Assembly: GCA_963817615.1 (NCBI GenBank) | Contig: CAWFPH010000002.1 | Span: 769,168-833,167 of the forward strand | Source: an uncultured Gammaproteobacteria bacterium | GTDB lineage: Bacteria > Pseudomonadota > Gammaproteobacteria > Steroidobacterales > Rariloculaceae | Reading direction: 5' to 3' | Length of the DNA stretch: 64,000 nt | In this document: piece by piece, positions 39,540 to 52,113 of the stretch | Position numbering within the stretch: position 1 is the first letter of the stretch | Layout: each line of letters starts with the position of its first letter | Program-made: the position numbers and the translations under genes | The notes under the pieces: model-generated | What the model was told of the DNA's origin: nothing | Seen by the model: only the letters and a program-made list of their open reading frames with translations | The model's database searches: none

Positions 39540-40184
39540 ATGCGCAAATGGCTCGCCGTCGTTGCAGTTGCCGCGATCGCGGTTTCGGCCGCGGTCGTGG
39601 CACAGCCGCAGCAGAAGACGGGGAAGCTCTATCGCTGGGTCGACGAGAAGGGCGTCGTGCACTACGGTGACAGCATCCCGCCGGAATATGCCAACCGCGA
39701 CCGCAACATTCTGAACGAGCAAGGCGTCCGGGTCGGTTTCGAGCAGGGCGACCTCACGGACGAGGAACGCGCGGCGATCGCGAGGCAGAAGGAGGAAGGC
39801 GAACGACAACGCGCCGCCAGGGTGGAAGTCGCCCGGCGCGACCGGATGCTGCTCGAGACCTACTTGTCGGTCAAAGACATCGAGGATCTACGGAACCGGC
39901 GACTCGAGCTGCTCGAGTCTCAGATTAAGGTGACCGAGCTCTACTTGAACAACCTGCGCAAGCGGCTCGTGGGCCTCCAAGAGGAGGCGAGCAGCTATAA
40001 GCCCTACACCGCCCGCGAGGACGCGCCTCAAATTCCCGAGAACCTCGCGCTCGATATTTCGCACACGGCCTCCTCGATCAACGTTTACGAGCAGTCGCTG
40101 TCACGTACGCGATCGGACCAGCAGGCGCTCCGCCAGTCTTTCGACGAAGACATTCGTCGCTTCAAGGAGCTCAAGGGCGGCTGA
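39540..40184 (+). CDS. DUF4124-domain exported protein with coiled-coil tail
   Basis: Signal peptide followed by LYRWVDEKGVVHYGDSIPPEY, the DUF4124 signature as I recall it. Confidence 0.75.
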   Translation: MRKWLAVVAVAAIAVSAAVVAQPQQKTGKLYRWVDEKGVVHYGDSIPPEYANRDRNILNEQGVRVGFEQGDLTDEERAAIARQKEEGERQRAARVEVARRDRMLLETYLSVKDIEDLRNRRLELLESQIKVTELYLNNLRKRLVGLQEEASSYKPYTAREDAPQIPENLALDISHTASSINVYEQSLSRTRSDQQALRQSFDEDIRRFKELKGG

Positions 40185-40649
40185 TCAGCCGCGGCCCGTG
40201 TGGCCGAAGCCGCCGCTTCCGCGCTGGCTTTCGGCGAAGCTCTCCACGACTTCGAACTCGACGGGAACGACTGGAACCACGACGAGCTGCGCGATGCGCT
40301 CGCCCGGCTCGATGCGAAATGCCGCGGTGCCGCGATTCCAGCAAGAGATCAGTAGCTCGCCCTGATAGTCGGAGTCGATCAGACCCACGAGATTGCCGAG
40401 CACGATGCCGTGCTTGTGGCCGAGACCCGAGCGCGGAATGATCAACGCCGCAAGCCGCGGGTCGGCGAGATGGATGGCGAGACCGGTCGGGATCAGTGCG
40501 CTTGCGCCGCTTGCGAGCTCGAGCGGCTCCTCCAGACACGCGCGCAGATCGAACCCCGCAGAGCCGTCCGTCGCGCGCTTCGGCAGGGGCCAGAGCGTGC
40601 CGATGCGAGGATTCAGGATCTTGAGCTCGACGCGGCGCAGATCGGTCAT
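40185..40649 (-). CDS. dut: dUTP diphosphatase
   Basis: GSAGFDLRA...[29 protein letters not shown]...[10 protein letters not shown]. Confidence 0.95.
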   Translation of the reverse strand: MTDLRRVELKILNPRIGTLWPLPKRATDGSAGFDLRACLEEPLELASGASALIPTGLAIHLADPRLAALIIPRSGLGHKHGIVLGNLVGLIDSDYQGELLISCWNRGTAAFRIEPGERIAQLVVVPVVPVEFEVVESFAESQRGSGGFGHTGRG

Positions 40650-41887
40650 GCGATCGCTTGCGGCGCGGCACCGCGCGTCTCACGGTAACGTTCCGCGAGG
40701 ACTTCAACCAGGCGGCGCGCGAGTGCGGGCTTCGAGCCCTCTCCGAGTGCCGTCTCGCCGCCTCGCCAGAAAACCGTGAGCGTATTGGTTTCCCGATCGA
40801 ACCCACAATCGGGTCCGACTCGATTCGCGGCGATCATGTCGAGCCGCTTGCGTTCGAGCTTGTCCCGAGCGTGCGCGGCAACGTCCTCGGTCTCGGCGGC
40901 GAACCCGACGGTGAACGGGCGTGCAGGCAGTGCGGCGACGCTCGCGAGAGTGTCCGGAGAACGGACGAGCGCGAGATCGAGCTCCGGCGCGCTGCGCTTG
41001 ATCTTCTGCGACGCGACAGATCTCGGGCGGTAGTCGGATACCGCCGCGCAGCCGATGAAAATCGCTGCGCCCGCAATCTGCTCGTGCACGCGGGCATACA
41101 TTTGCTCGGCCGTCTCGACGTCGATGCGCCGCACGCCGGGCGGCGTCGCGAGCGCGACCGGTCCGCTCACGAGCACGACGTCGGCGCCCGCATCGCTCGC
41201 AGCGGCCGCCACCGCAAACCCCATTTTTCCGGAGCTGCGGTTGGTGATGTATCGAACCGGATCGATCGGCTCCCGCGTCGGACCGGCGGTCACCACGACC
41301 TTGAGGCCGGCGAGCGTCCGCGGACGCAGCCGTCCGGCCCGCTCGACCAAGGCGGCCGCAATGTCGAGCGGCTCGAGCATGCGGCCCGGCCCGGTCTCGC
41401 CGCAGGCCTGGTCGCCGACTGCCGGACCGAGAAAGCGGATGCCGCGCGCCTCGAGCAGTGCCCGATTCGCCTGCACGGCGGCATTCGCCCACATTGCTTG
41501 ATTCATCGCAGGCGCGAGCACGATCGGCGCGGCCGTTGCGAGAGCCAGAGTGGCAAGCAAGTCGCCGCCGAGACCGTGCGCCAGAACGGCCATGAAGTTC
41601 GCGGTCGTCGGTGCGATCAGAACGACGTCGGCCCAGCGCGCGAGCTCGATGTGACCCATCGCGGCTTCCGCGGCAGGGTCCCAGAGGTCCGTGCGTACGC
41701 GGCGGCCCGACACGGCTTCGAGCGCAAGCGGCGAAACGAGCCGGCTCGCCCCGGCCGTGAGCACGACTTGGACTTCGCAGCCGCGCTCCGTCAGGCGCCG
41801 CACGAGCTCGGGCGTCTTGTAGGCGGCGATTCCGCCGGTTACCCCGAGCAGCACCTTGGCGGGGACGGATCGATCAGGTGGGGCCAT
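40646..41887 (-). CDS. coaBC: bifunctional phosphopantothenoylcysteine decarboxylase / phosphopantothenate-cysteine ligase
   Basis: Start at ATG 41887. [13 protein letters not shown]...APAMNQAMW...[28 protein letters not shown]. Its stop overlaps the dut start by 4 nt. Confidence 0.95.
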   Translation of the reverse strand: MAPPDRSVPAKVLLGVTGGIAAYKTPELVRRLTERGCEVQVVLTAGASRLVSPLALEAVSGRRVRTDLWDPAAEAAMGHIELARWADVVLIAPTTANFMAVLAHGLGGDLLATLALATAAPIVLAPAMNQAMWANAAVQANRALLEARGIRFLGPAVGDQACGETGPGRMLEPLDIAAALVERAGRLRPRTLAGLKVVVTAGPTREPIDPVRYITNRSSGKMGFAVAAAASDAGADVVLVSGPVALATPPGVRRIDVETAEQMYARVHEQIAGAAIFIGCAAVSDYRPRSVASQKIKRSAPELDLALVRSPDTLASVAALPARPFTVGFAAETEDVAAHARDKLERKRLDMIAANRVGPDCGFDRETNTLTVFWRGGETALGEGSKPALARRLVEVLAERYRETRGAAPQAIA

Positions 41888-41994
41888 GGCGGCAATCTCC
41901 ACGGCTGAGCTTACTCGCGCCCTGCATCGGCTTGCCACTGGCGAATTAGCCTTTTCTTATGTCCTCGCGGACTAATCGGGCGTGAGCACTGCGC

Positions 41995-42711
41995 GTGCGC
42001 GCGCCACGATCGACTCCCGACCCTCGGAGCACCCCGTTGAGCATCCGTGATTGGCCCCCGTCCGAACGTCCCCGCGAGCGGCTGCTGGCAGCCGGTCCCG
42101 CGTCGCTCTCGGCCGCGGAGCTTCTGGCAGTGCTGATCGGCAGCGGCACGCGCGGCCGCAACGCAGCCGACCTCGCGCGCGAGTTGCTCGAGCGATTCGG
42201 CGGGCTCCACGGCCTCCTCGCGCGCGAAGCGGTCGAGCTCGGGCGCGCGCCGGGCATCGGACCTGCCACCGCGGCGCGGCTCGCGGCCGCGCTCGAGCTC
42301 GGCCGCCGCTACCTCACGGCTCCCGATCGGCCGCGCGGGGTGCTGCGGGCGCCGGGGGACGCGGCCCAATTCTTCAAGGCTCGGCTCCTCGACCTTCAGC
42401 ACGAGGTGTTCTGCTGCCTGTTTCTCGACACGCGCCATCGCGTGATCCGCTATGAGGAGTTGTTCCGGGGCACGATCGACGGTGCGACCGTGTATCCGCG
42501 CGAGGTCGTCAAGCGTGCGCTCGAGCACAACGCCTCCGCCCTCATCGTCGGCCACAATCATCCGTCCGGTGTCTCGGAGCCGAGCGAAGCCGACCGCTCG
42601 ATCACTCTCAAGCTCGCAAAGGCGCTCGCGCTCGTCGAGATTCGGCTATTGGACCACCTCGTGGTGAGCCGCGGCGGGCACGTCTCGCTAGCCGAACGCG
42701 GCTGGCTCTAG
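41995..42711 (+). CDS. radC: RadC-family JAB-domain protein
   Basis: ERPRERLLAAGPASLSAAELLAVLIGSGTRGRNA and the JAMM motif VGHNHPSGVSEPSEADRSIT. The start is GTG 41995 or TTG 42037. Confidence 0.85.
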   Translation: MRAPRSTPDPRSTPLSIRDWPPSERPRERLLAAGPASLSAAELLAVLIGSGTRGRNAADLARELLERFGGLHGLLAREAVELGRAPGIGPATAARLAAALELGRRYLTAPDRPRGVLRAPGDAAQFFKARLLDLQHEVFCCLFLDTRHRVIRYEELFRGTIDGATVYPREVVKRALEHNASALIVGHNHPSGVSEPSEADRSITLKLAKALALVEIRLLDHLVVSRGGHVSLAERGWL

Positions 42712-42796
42712 GCTCAAAGGGAGAGCTCATGAAGGGGTTCGAGGGAGAACGCGGCCGGGCCTGCCCGCGCGCGACGGATCTCGAGCGCGGCCGGCC

Positions 42797-42826
42797 TTGC
42801 CGCATGCCCTAGATGGACGGTATAGT
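42797..42826 (+). promoter_or_regulatory. candidate sigma-70 promoter of rpmB-rpmG
   Basis: TTGCCG (42797-42802), an 18-nt spacer, then TATAGT (42821-42826), about 35 nt upstream of the rpmB ATG. GAGGAA is the RBS. Pattern match only. Confidence 0.35.
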
Positions 42827-42861
42827 CGCGCGCTCTCTCGAGCCAGTGCGAGGAACGTGCG

Positions 42862-43098
42862 ATGTCGAAGGTCTGCCAAGTCACCGGCAAGCGGCCGATG
42901 GTCGGCAATACGGTTTCGCATGCAAACAACAAGACGCGGCGCCGCTTCCTGCCGAACCTGCATACGCAGCGCTTTTGGCTCGAAAAGGAGAAGCGCTACG
43001 TGAAGCTGCGTGTCTCCCATAAAGGCCTCAGAATCATCGACAAGCTCGGCATCGAGCAGGTGCTCCAGGACTTGCGAGCGAAGGGCGAGCAAGTTTGA
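42862..43098 (+). CDS. rpmB: 50S ribosomal protein L28
   Basis: [33 protein letters not shown]. Confidence 0.95.
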   Translation: MSKVCQVTGKRPMVGNTVSHANNKTRRRFLPNLHTQRFWLEKEKRYVKLRVSHKGLRIIDKLGIEQVLQDLRAKGEQV

Positions 43099-43127
43099 GC
43101 CGCGCGGTCTAGATCTCAGGAGCGAGT

Positions 43128-43283
43128 ATGCGCGAGAAAATCAGGCTGATGTCCTCGGCGGGGACCGGCCACTATTACACGACGACCAAGAACCGTCGTC
43201 TGCATCCCGAGAAGATGGAAGTCATGAAATATGACCCGCGTGTTCGCAAGCACGTGGTCTACAAGGAAACCAAGATCAAGTAG
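43128..43283 (+). CDS. rpmG: 50S ribosomal protein L33
   Basis: Not in the ORF track (51 aa). My own translation is [51 protein letters not shown], ending at TAG 43281-43283. Confidence 0.9.
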   Translation: MREKIRLMSSAGTGHYYTTTKNRRLHPEKMEVMKYDPRVRKHVVYKETKIK

Positions 43284-43306
43284 CCGCGATTACGCGGCTC
43301 GAAGCA

Positions 43307-43337
43307 GAAAAAACCCGCCTTGACGGCGGGTTTTTTT
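43307..43337 (+). terminator. rho-independent terminator, probably bidirectional
   Basis: GAAAAAA-CCCGCC-ttgac-GGCGGG-TTTTTTT lies between convergent rpmG and the desaturase gene. The flanking A-tract and T-tract allow function on both strands. Confidence 0.75.
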
Positions 43338-43359
43338 CGTTCGGGCACGATCGAGCGGC

Positions 43360-44574
43360 TCAGGCCGGATGTGCCTCGCGCAACGCCCGGAACGATTTCA
43401 AATACGCCACGAACTCCTCGAGGCCCTGAATTCCGCTTTCCTCGGCACGCGCGCACCATTCCCTGAAATCCGCGAGCAGCCGCTCGTTGCTCGTGTGCGC
43501 GCCCTCCCATAGGCTCTTGAGCTCGTTGCGGAACTGCAGCACCGTCTGAAAGCGCGGCAGCCGCTCCGTCAGCTCCGTGAGGCGATTCCGCGCGCTCGCA
43601 TCGAGCAAGTGGGGCTGCCAGCTCAGCCAGCGGCGGGTCGTCCGCAGCATCGAATTCGCATTGACACCGACGTTCTCGAGCTCGCGGCTGAGGACCGGCA
43701 GCGTCACGTTATGCGTGTAGTGCCGCAGCACGTGCATACGGTTCACGATGATCGCCCGCAGCTCGTCGATCTCGGGTGTCGCGGCGACGCGCGGCTCGAG
43801 CGCGGGCGGATTCGCGACGCGGCGGATCTTCGCGAGGCCGAGCTTCTCGAGCACCTTCAGGTGCAGCCAGCCCATGTCGATTTCATGGCGGCGCATCGAG
43901 AAACGGGCTGAAGTCGGAAAAGCATGATGGTTGTTGTGCAGCTCCTCGCCCGCGACGAACAGGCCGATCGGCCACAGATTCGTGGACGCGTCATCGGTCT
44001 CGAAATTGCGGTAGCCCTTCGCATGGCATAGGCCATTGATCACGCCCGCAGCCAGCAACGGCATGTTCGAGAGCTGCAACGCGATCAGGATGATGCCCGG
44101 TACTCCGAACAGCACGAGGTCGAGCACGACCAGCAGCGCCGGGCCGAGATAGCTCCCGTACGGATGCGCATAGAGGCGATTCTCGAGCCAATCGTTCGGA
44201 CAGCCCTTTGCATACTTCTCGAGCGTCTCCTGGTTGTTCGCCTCGGCCCGGTAGAGCTCCGAACCCTGCAGTAACACCCGTTTCAAGCCGAACAGCCGCG
44301 GACTGTGGGGATCGCCTTCCCTTTCGCAGTGCGCGTGGTGCTTGCGATGCACCGCGACCCATTCGCGCGTCGAAGATCCCGTGTTGAGCCACATCCAGAA
44401 GCGGCAAACGTGCCGAACCGCCGGATGGAGATCGACCGAACGGTGCGCCTGATCCCGGTGGTAGTACAGCGTGACCGCCATCATCGTCGCATGCATCCAC
44501 AGCAGCGTGACGACGACGTAGCCGGTGAAGCTCAGTCCCGCAAGCCCGTAAAAGTGCGAATAGAGAAAGTCCAT
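43360..44574 (-). CDS. membrane fatty-acid (acyl-CoA/lipid) desaturase with C-terminal helical extension
   Basis: Start at ATG 44574. The histidine boxes HRDQAH, HRKHHAHCE and HNNHHAF sit in a 4-TM core. Confidence 0.85.
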   Translation of the reverse strand: MDFLYSHFYGLAGLSFTGYVVVTLLWMHATMMAVTLYYHRDQAHRSVDLHPAVRHVCRFWMWLNTGSSTREWVAVHRKHHAHCEREGDPHSPRLFGLKRVLLQGSELYRAEANNQETLEKYAKGCPNDWLENRLYAHPYGSYLGPALLVVLDLVLFGVPGIILIALQLSNMPLLAAGVINGLCHAKGYRNFETDDASTNLWPIGLFVAGEELHNNHHAFPTSARFSMRRHEIDMGWLHLKVLEKLGLAKIRRVANPPALEPRVAATPEIDELRAIIVNRMHVLRHYTHNVTLPVLSRELENVGVNANSMLRTTRRWLSWQPHLLDASARNRLTELTERLPRFQTVLQFRNELKSLWEGAHTSNERLLADFREWCARAEESGIQGLEEFVAYLKSFRALREAHPA

Positions 44575-44789
44575 CGTGCCTCTGGTGGTTGGATTCGTGC
44601 CGTGCGCTCGACGACAGGGGTGCCGATCCAATATAGCCGATCGAGGTAGGCTACTCCAGGCGCCCTTGGCCTCGTGTGCCCACGGTCACGGATGCCGCCG
44701 GCGCGGCCCCGTGCACGGGCTCCGGACGCTACGAAAACGCGCGCGAAGCCCGACTGGCTCCGGTTCGTGCGGACACTTAAGCTGCCGCA

Positions 44790-45602
44790 ATGCCCGAGCT
44801 GCCGGAGGTCGAGACCACACGTCGCGGACTCGCCCCGTTCGTCGTCGGCCGCTCGATCGCGGCCATCCACGTACGCGAGCCGCGGTTGCGCTGGCCCGTC
44901 GCCCGCGATCTCGGGGCGAAGCTGCGCGGTCAACGCATCGACGATCTCGGCAGGCGCGGCAAGTACCTGCTGTTCGACACCGCGGCCGGTACCCTCCTGT
45001 GGCATCTCGGAATGTCGGGCAGCTTGCGATATCTGCCCGAACCGGACGAACCCGGCGCGCACGATCACATCGACGTGCGATTTGCGGGCGGGGGCTGCCT
45101 ACGCTTCAACGATCCCCGCCGTTTCGGGAGCGTGCACCTCACGAGCTCGCCGCTGCGCCATCCCCTCCTCGAGTCGCTGGGCCCCGAGCCGCTCAGCCAC
45201 GAGTTCACTGGCGAGTACCTCAGCCGTGCGGCGCGAGGCCGCAGCGTCGCAATCAAGCAGCTTCTGATGAACGGCCGAGTCGTCGTCGGTGTCGGCAACA
45301 TCTACGCCAACGAGGCGCTGTTCCGCGCCGGCATTCGACCGACGCGACCGGCGGGGCGCATCGCCCGTGCGCGGTTCGAGTCCCTCGCCGCGGCGATCCG
45401 GGAGGTGCTTGCGGATGCACTCGAGGACGGCGGCACGACGCTGCGGAATTTCGTGGGTGGCGACGGCCGGCCCGGATACTTTCGCGGCTCCCTTCAGGTC
45501 TACGAGCGCGACGGTGCGCCTTGCCTGCGCTGCGGCAGACCGATCGTGCGGCGAGTGATCGGCCAGCGAGCGACTTACTTCTGTCCGAGCTGTCAGCGCT
45601 GA
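44790..45602 (+). CDS. mutM: formamidopyrimidine-DNA glycosylase
   Basis: MPELPEVETTRRGL..., with the C-terminal zinc finger CLRCGRPIVRRVIGQRATYFCPSCQ. Confidence 0.95.
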   Translation: MPELPEVETTRRGLAPFVVGRSIAAIHVREPRLRWPVARDLGAKLRGQRIDDLGRRGKYLLFDTAAGTLLWHLGMSGSLRYLPEPDEPGAHDHIDVRFAGGGCLRFNDPRRFGSVHLTSSPLRHPLLESLGPEPLSHEFTGEYLSRAARGRSVAIKQLLMNGRVVVGVGNIYANEALFRAGIRPTRPAGRIARARFESLAAAIREVLADALEDGGTTLRNFVGGDGRPGYFRGSLQVYERDGAPCLRCGRPIVRRVIGQRATYFCPSCQR

Positions 45603-45618
45603 AACTCGCGCCGCCGGC

Positions 45619-47927
<2,309 letters not shown>

Positions 47928-48509
47928 TCATTCGCTTGCCGGCGCGAGGCGCAGCAGACCGTACTCGACCGCTCCGGCCCTGCCGCGCCTGTGCCATTCG
48001 GCAGCCGCGATTTCCGGCAGCCCCGCTGCCGTCGGTCGTTCGACGTAGATTAGCGCACCGCGCGCGAGCCACGGCGGCAGCGACGCAAGCGGCGAGTCGA
48101 GCGACACAGAGTAAGGCGGATCCAGGAACACCAGGTCGAACGTCTGACTCGGCGCCGCACGCAGAAACGCCATCGCGTCCTGGCGCGCAATCCGCGGCCG
48201 CGCGCCGAACGCGTTTGCCTGCGTGGCGAGCGCGCTGCAGGCTTCCGCGTCGCGCTCGACGAACCAGGCCTCCGCCGCACCGCGCGACAGCGCTTCGAAC
48301 CCGAGCACACCCGTCCCCGCGTAGAGATCGAGGCAGCGCGCACCTTCGATGAAGGGTCGCAGCCAATTGAATAGTGTCTCGCGCACACGGTCGGGCGTCG
48401 GCCGCACCGCGGTACCCGGAGCTACCGGCACACGGCGCCCACGCCACGCGCCGCCGACGATCCTCACGCTGCCCAATGGCACGCGCCGAACGTTGCCGCG
48501 CTTTACCAT
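47928..48509 (-). CDS. rsmD: 16S rRNA (guanine966-N2)-methyltransferase
   Basis: Start at ATG 48509. RIVGGAWRGRRVPVAPGTAVRPTPDRVRETLFNWL...DLYAGTGVLGFEALSRGA...FLDPPY. Confidence 0.9.
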   Translation of the reverse strand: MVKRGNVRRVPLGSVRIVGGAWRGRRVPVAPGTAVRPTPDRVRETLFNWLRPFIEGARCLDLYAGTGVLGFEALSRGAAEAWFVERDAEACSALATQANAFGARPRIARQDAMAFLRAAPSQTFDLVFLDPPYSVSLDSPLASLPPWLARGALIYVERPTAAGLPEIAAAEWHRRGRAGAVEYGLLRLAPASE

Positions 48510-48552
48510 GTGCGCAACACTAACAGAACGAATCGCAGGAGCATTGGAGTCG

Positions 48553-49497
48553 ATGGTCGCGGATCGCACGGAGCAACAGCGCGCAGGCTTTTTTTCGAAA
48601 CTCAAGGCGCGCCTGAACCGCGGCACCGATTGGGTCAAGTCGGATTTGCTCGGACTCGGCGGTCGGCCGCTCGACGACGCCACGGTGGAGGACCTCGAAA
48701 CGCGACTCATCACGGCAGACGTCGGTGTCGACACCACCGAGTGGCTGCTCGAGGAGATGCGCAGGGCCCAGCGTCGCAACGGCGCGGCCCAGCCGGCGAT
48801 TGCATTGCTTCGCGACGCCGCGACCGAGTTGCTACGGACGGTCGAGCAGCCGCTTGGAATAGATGCGTCGCACAAACCGTTCGTGGTGCTCGCTCTAGGC
48901 GTGAACGGCACCGGCAAGACGACCACGGTCGGCAAGCTCGCGTATCGAATGAAGCGCTCCGGCCGCAGTGTGCTACTCGCGGCCGCGGACACGTTTCGCG
49001 CGGCGGCCGCCGAGCAGCTCGAGGGATGGGCCGAACGCGCGGGCGTGCCGATCATTGCCCAAGCGTCGGGCGCCGACCCGGCCGCGGTCGTGCACGACGC
49101 GCTCGTCGCAGCCCGCGCGCGCGGCATCGACGTGGTGCTCGCCGACACGGCCGGGCGCCTGCACACTGCGACGGGGCTCATGGACGAGCTCGAGAAGATC
49201 AAAAAGGTCATCCGGCGCTTCGACGCCACGGCGCCGCACGAGGTGCTGCTCGTGCTCGACGCAAGCCAAGGTCAGAATGCGCTGCTGCAAGCGCAGCGAT
49301 TCCACGAGCGCCTCGGCGTGACGGGTCTCGCCATCACCAAGCTGGACGGCACGGCCAAAGGCGGAATCGTGCTCGCGATCGCTCGTCAGCTGCGGCTGCC
49401 AATTCGTTTCGTCACACTCGGCGAGGGAGTCGACGATCTCGATGAGTTTCGCGCCGCCGATTTCGTGCGTGCCCTCATCGGGGAGGCCGGCGCTTGA
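48553..49497 (+). CDS. ftsY: signal recognition particle receptor FtsY (short form without acidic A-domain)
   Basis: GFFSKLKARLNRG...LGVNGTGKTTTVGKLA...LAAADTFRAAA...DTAGRLH...TKLDGTAKGG. The start is ATG 48553 or ATG 48508. Confidence 0.9.
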   Translation: MVADRTEQQRAGFFSKLKARLNRGTDWVKSDLLGLGGRPLDDATVEDLETRLITADVGVDTTEWLLEEMRRAQRRNGAAQPAIALLRDAATELLRTVEQPLGIDASHKPFVVLALGVNGTGKTTTVGKLAYRMKRSGRSVLLAAADTFRAAAAEQLEGWAERAGVPIIAQASGADPAAVVHDALVAARARGIDVVLADTAGRLHTATGLMDELEKIKKVIRRFDATAPHEVLLVLDASQGQNALLQAQRFHERLGVTGLAITKLDGTAKGGIVLAIARQLRLPIRFVTLGEGVDDLDEFRAADFVRALIGEAGA

Positions 49498-50162
49498 TTC
49501 GCTTCGAGAACGTCTTCAAGCGCTATCCGAACGGCCGCGAGGCGCTGAGCGGCGTGACGTTCAATCTGGAGCGGGGCGAGTTTGCGTTCTTGACCGGACC
49601 TTCCGGCGCCGGAAAGAGCACACTGCTCAAGCTGATCGCGCTGATCGAGCGCCCCACCCGCGGAACAGTGCTCGTCAATCAGCACAACACAGGCCGGCTT
49701 GCGCGCCGAAAAATTCCGGCGTTTCGGCAACGACTCGGCGTGGTCTTCCAGGATCACAAATTGCTCTACGACCGTTCGGTGTTCGACAACGTCGCGCTAC
49801 CGCTCGTGATCGCCGGGCTCGGCCGGCGGGAAATCGAGCGACGCGTGCGCGCGTCGCTCGATCAGGTCGGGTTGCTCGGCCGCGAGTCGCACGCGCCGAT
49901 TACGCTTTCCACCGGCGAGCAGCAGCGGGTCGGCATCGCACGCGCGGTCGCGGGACGCCCCGACGTCGTGATCGCGGATGAGCCGACCGGCAACCTGGAC
50001 CCGGCTCTCTCGCTCGAGATCATGCAGCTGTTTGCGCGGTTCAACGAAGTGGGCGTCACGCTGCTGATCGCCACGCACGACCTCGAGCTGATCGAGCACG
50101 TCCCCCACCGGCGGCTGCGCCTTACGGACGGGCGGATTACGAGCGACTTGAACGCACACTGA
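49494..50162 (+). CDS. ftsE: cell-division ABC transporter ATP-binding protein FtsE
   Basis: TTG start overlapping the ftsY stop. MIRFENVFKRYPNG...GPSGAGKSTLLKL...LSTGEQQRVGIARA...IADEPTGNLD. Confidence 0.95.
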   Translation: MIRFENVFKRYPNGREALSGVTFNLERGEFAFLTGPSGAGKSTLLKLIALIERPTRGTVLVNQHNTGRLARRKIPAFRQRLGVVFQDHKLLYDRSVFDNVALPLVIAGLGRREIERRVRASLDQVGLLGRESHAPITLSTGEQQRVGIARAVAGRPDVVIADEPTGNLDPALSLEIMQLFARFNEVGVTLLIATHDLELIEHVPHRRLRLTDGRITSDLNAH

Positions 50163-50163
50163 G

Positions 50164-51084
50164 ATGCTGCGCCGCATTCGACACTACTTCGAGCTGCATG
50201 CGCAAAACGCGCTCGGCGCGCTCGGCCGCATCGCCCGCCAGCCCTTCGCGACACTATTGACCGTGCTCGTGATTGCGATCGCGCTCGCCTTACCGGCCGG
50301 ACTGCGCGTGCTCGTCGACAACCTCGATTCGCTCAGCGATTCGTGGCAAGGCGCGGCGGATTTTGCGGTCTACCTCAAAGCGGACGTATCGACCGATCGG
50401 GCGCGAGCCGTCGCGCATGCGCTCGAGGCTCGCAAGGATGTCGAGGCCGTGCGGCTGATCGACCGCGACGCCGCGCTCGCCGAGTTCAAGGCACGCTCGG
50501 GTTTCGGCGAGGCGCTCGACGCGCTCGACACGAACCCGCTTCCGGACACGCTCGTGGTCCGCCCGGCGAGCGGTGTCTCGGGCGACGTCGAAAACCTCGC
50601 GAGCGAGATCGGGGCGCTGCCCGAGACCGACCTCGTACAGCTCGATACGGCCTGGGTCGCTCGACTGCGGGCGATGCTCGCGCTCGCCGAGCGCATCGTG
50701 GAGTTGGCGACCGGGCTCCTCGCGTTTGCGGTCGCCATCGTGATCGGCAATACGATCCGACTCGAGATCAACAACCGGAGCGTCGAAATCGAGGTGACGA
50801 AGCTGGTCGGGGGCAGCGACGCGTTCGTGCGGCGGCCGTTCCTGTACCTTGGAGTTTGTTATGGTCTCGCCGGCGCCGTTGCCGCCGAGATTCTCATGGC
50901 CGGAACGCTGCTGCTCATGCGCCCCGCCGTTCGGTCGCTCGCGAAGCTGTACGGCAGCGGCTTCACTCTCACCGGGCTATCGCTGCGGGAGGCGCTCCTG
51001 CTGCTCGCGGGCGGCTCGGTGCTCGGCTGGGCCGGTGCGGGTCTCGCGACGGCCCGTCACCTGCGTGCGATCGAGCCCCATTAG
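50164..51084 (+). CDS. ftsX: cell-division ABC transporter permease FtsX
   Basis: 306 aa with a TM span, a periplasmic domain (AVYLKADVS...EAVRLIDRDAALAEF) and three C-terminal TM spans. The ftsYEX order is conserved. Confidence 0.9.
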   Translation: MLRRIRHYFELHAQNALGALGRIARQPFATLLTVLVIAIALALPAGLRVLVDNLDSLSDSWQGAADFAVYLKADVSTDRARAVAHALEARKDVEAVRLIDRDAALAEFKARSGFGEALDALDTNPLPDTLVVRPASGVSGDVENLASEIGALPETDLVQLDTAWVARLRAMLALAERIVELATGLLAFAVAIVIGNTIRLEINNRSVEIEVTKLVGGSDAFVRRPFLYLGVCYGLAGAVAAEILMAGTLLLMRPAVRSLAKLYGSGFTLTGLSLREALLLLAGGSVLGWAGAGLATARHLRAIEPH

Positions 51085-51111
51085 CCCGAGCCGGCGGAAC
51101 GCCGGCCCCGC

Positions 51112-51141
51112 TTAGCACTCTAAGAGTGAGAGTGCTAATAT
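51112..51141 (+). promoter_or_regulatory. AT-rich perfect inverted repeat overlapping a candidate sigma-70 promoter upstream of rpoH
   Basis: TTAGCACTCT-aagagtg-AGAGTGCTAA occupies 51112-51138. TTAGCA (-35), an 18-nt spacer and TAATAT (-10, 51136-51141) overlap it. The RBS GGGAGG lies 7 nt before the ATG at 51161. Confidence 0.4.
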
Positions 51142-51160
51142 CGAGCCCGGGAGGTGCACA

Positions 51161-52024
51161 ATGACTGCGACTGCTCTTGCGATCCGGCGAGCCGAGCAAA
51201 TGCTCAGCGGCCCGCTCGGCAGCCTCGACCATTACATCCACGCCGCCAATACGATCCCGGTGCTCACGGCCGAGGAAGAGCGCGCCCTTGCGATTCGCTT
51301 CCGAGAGGACAACGACCTGGACGCCGCCCGCCGGCTCGTGCTCGCGCATCTGAGGTTCGTCATTCACGTAGCGCGCGGTTATGCGGGGTACGGCCTGCAG
51401 CTCGGCGACCTCATCCAAGAGGGCAACGTGGGCCTGATGAAGGCCGTCAAGCGATTCGATCCGAACGTCGGCGTGCGGCTCGTATCCTTCGCGGTCCATT
51501 GGATTCGCGCGGAGATCCACGAGTTCGTGCTGCGCAACTGGCGGCTGGTCAAGGTCGCAACGACGAAGGCCCAGCGCAAGCTGTTCTTCAACCTCCGCAA
51601 GTCGAAGAAGCATCTTGGCTGGCTCAGCAAGGCGGAGACCGAGGCCGTGGCCGAGGATCTCGGCGTGACCACGCGCGAAGTGACGGAGATGGAGCAACGG
51701 CTTGCGGGTCACGACGTCTCGTTCGATCCGAGCCCGGACGAGGACGAGGACTTTGCGCCCATTGCTTACCTGCCGAGCCCTAACAGCGACCCCGCGGAAG
51801 CCGTCGAGCGGAACGACTGGGACGGCGATGCGCACGACCGTTTGACCGGCGCGCTCGCTCATCTCGACGCGCGAAGCCGCGATATTCTCGCGCGGCGCTG
51901 GCTGACGGATGACAAGTCCACGCTGCACGAGCTCGCCGCGGAGTATCACGTCTCGGCCGAGCGCATTCGGCAAATCGAGTCGAGCGCGATCTCGAAGCTC
52001 AAGGCGGAGATGACCGCGGACTAA
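51161..52024 (+). CDS. rpoH: RNA polymerase sigma-32 (heat-shock sigma factor)
   Basis: Contains the RpoH box [10 protein letters not shown], region 2 [19 protein letters not shown] and region 4 [21 protein letters not shown]. Confidence 0.95.
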   Translation: MTATALAIRRAEQMLSGPLGSLDHYIHAANTIPVLTAEEERALAIRFREDNDLDAARRLVLAHLRFVIHVARGYAGYGLQLGDLIQEGNVGLMKAVKRFDPNVGVRLVSFAVHWIRAEIHEFVLRNWRLVKVATTKAQRKLFFNLRKSKKHLGWLSKAETEAVAEDLGVTTREVTEMEQRLAGHDVSFDPSPDEDEDFAPIAYLPSPNSDPAEAVERNDWDGDAHDRLTGALAHLDARSRDILARRWLTDDKSTLHELAAEYHVSAERIRQIESSAISKLKAEMTAD

Positions 52025-52047
52025 GATACCGCCCCACCGTCTGGAAC

Positions 52048-52084
52048 AAAGGGCGCACCGCTCGAGCGGCGCGCCCTTTTCATT
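52048..52084 (+). terminator. rho-independent terminator between convergent rpoH and the ompA-like gene
   Basis: AAAGGGCGCACCGC-tcga-GCGGCGCGCCCTTTT forms a 13-bp stem with one A/C mismatch. The flanking A and T runs suggest it works in both directions. Confidence 0.7.
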
Positions 52085-52113
52085 TCCGTCGGGTGACGTC
52101 CGTCGGCCCTAAG

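Noticed and set aside
48507-48510. The divergent rsmD and ftsY start codons would overlap on the palindrome CATG.
   Set aside because: This depends on choosing ATG 48508 for ftsY. The downstream ATG 48553 (MVADRTEQQRAGFFSKLK...) matches the usual FtsY N-terminus better, and using it removes the overlap.
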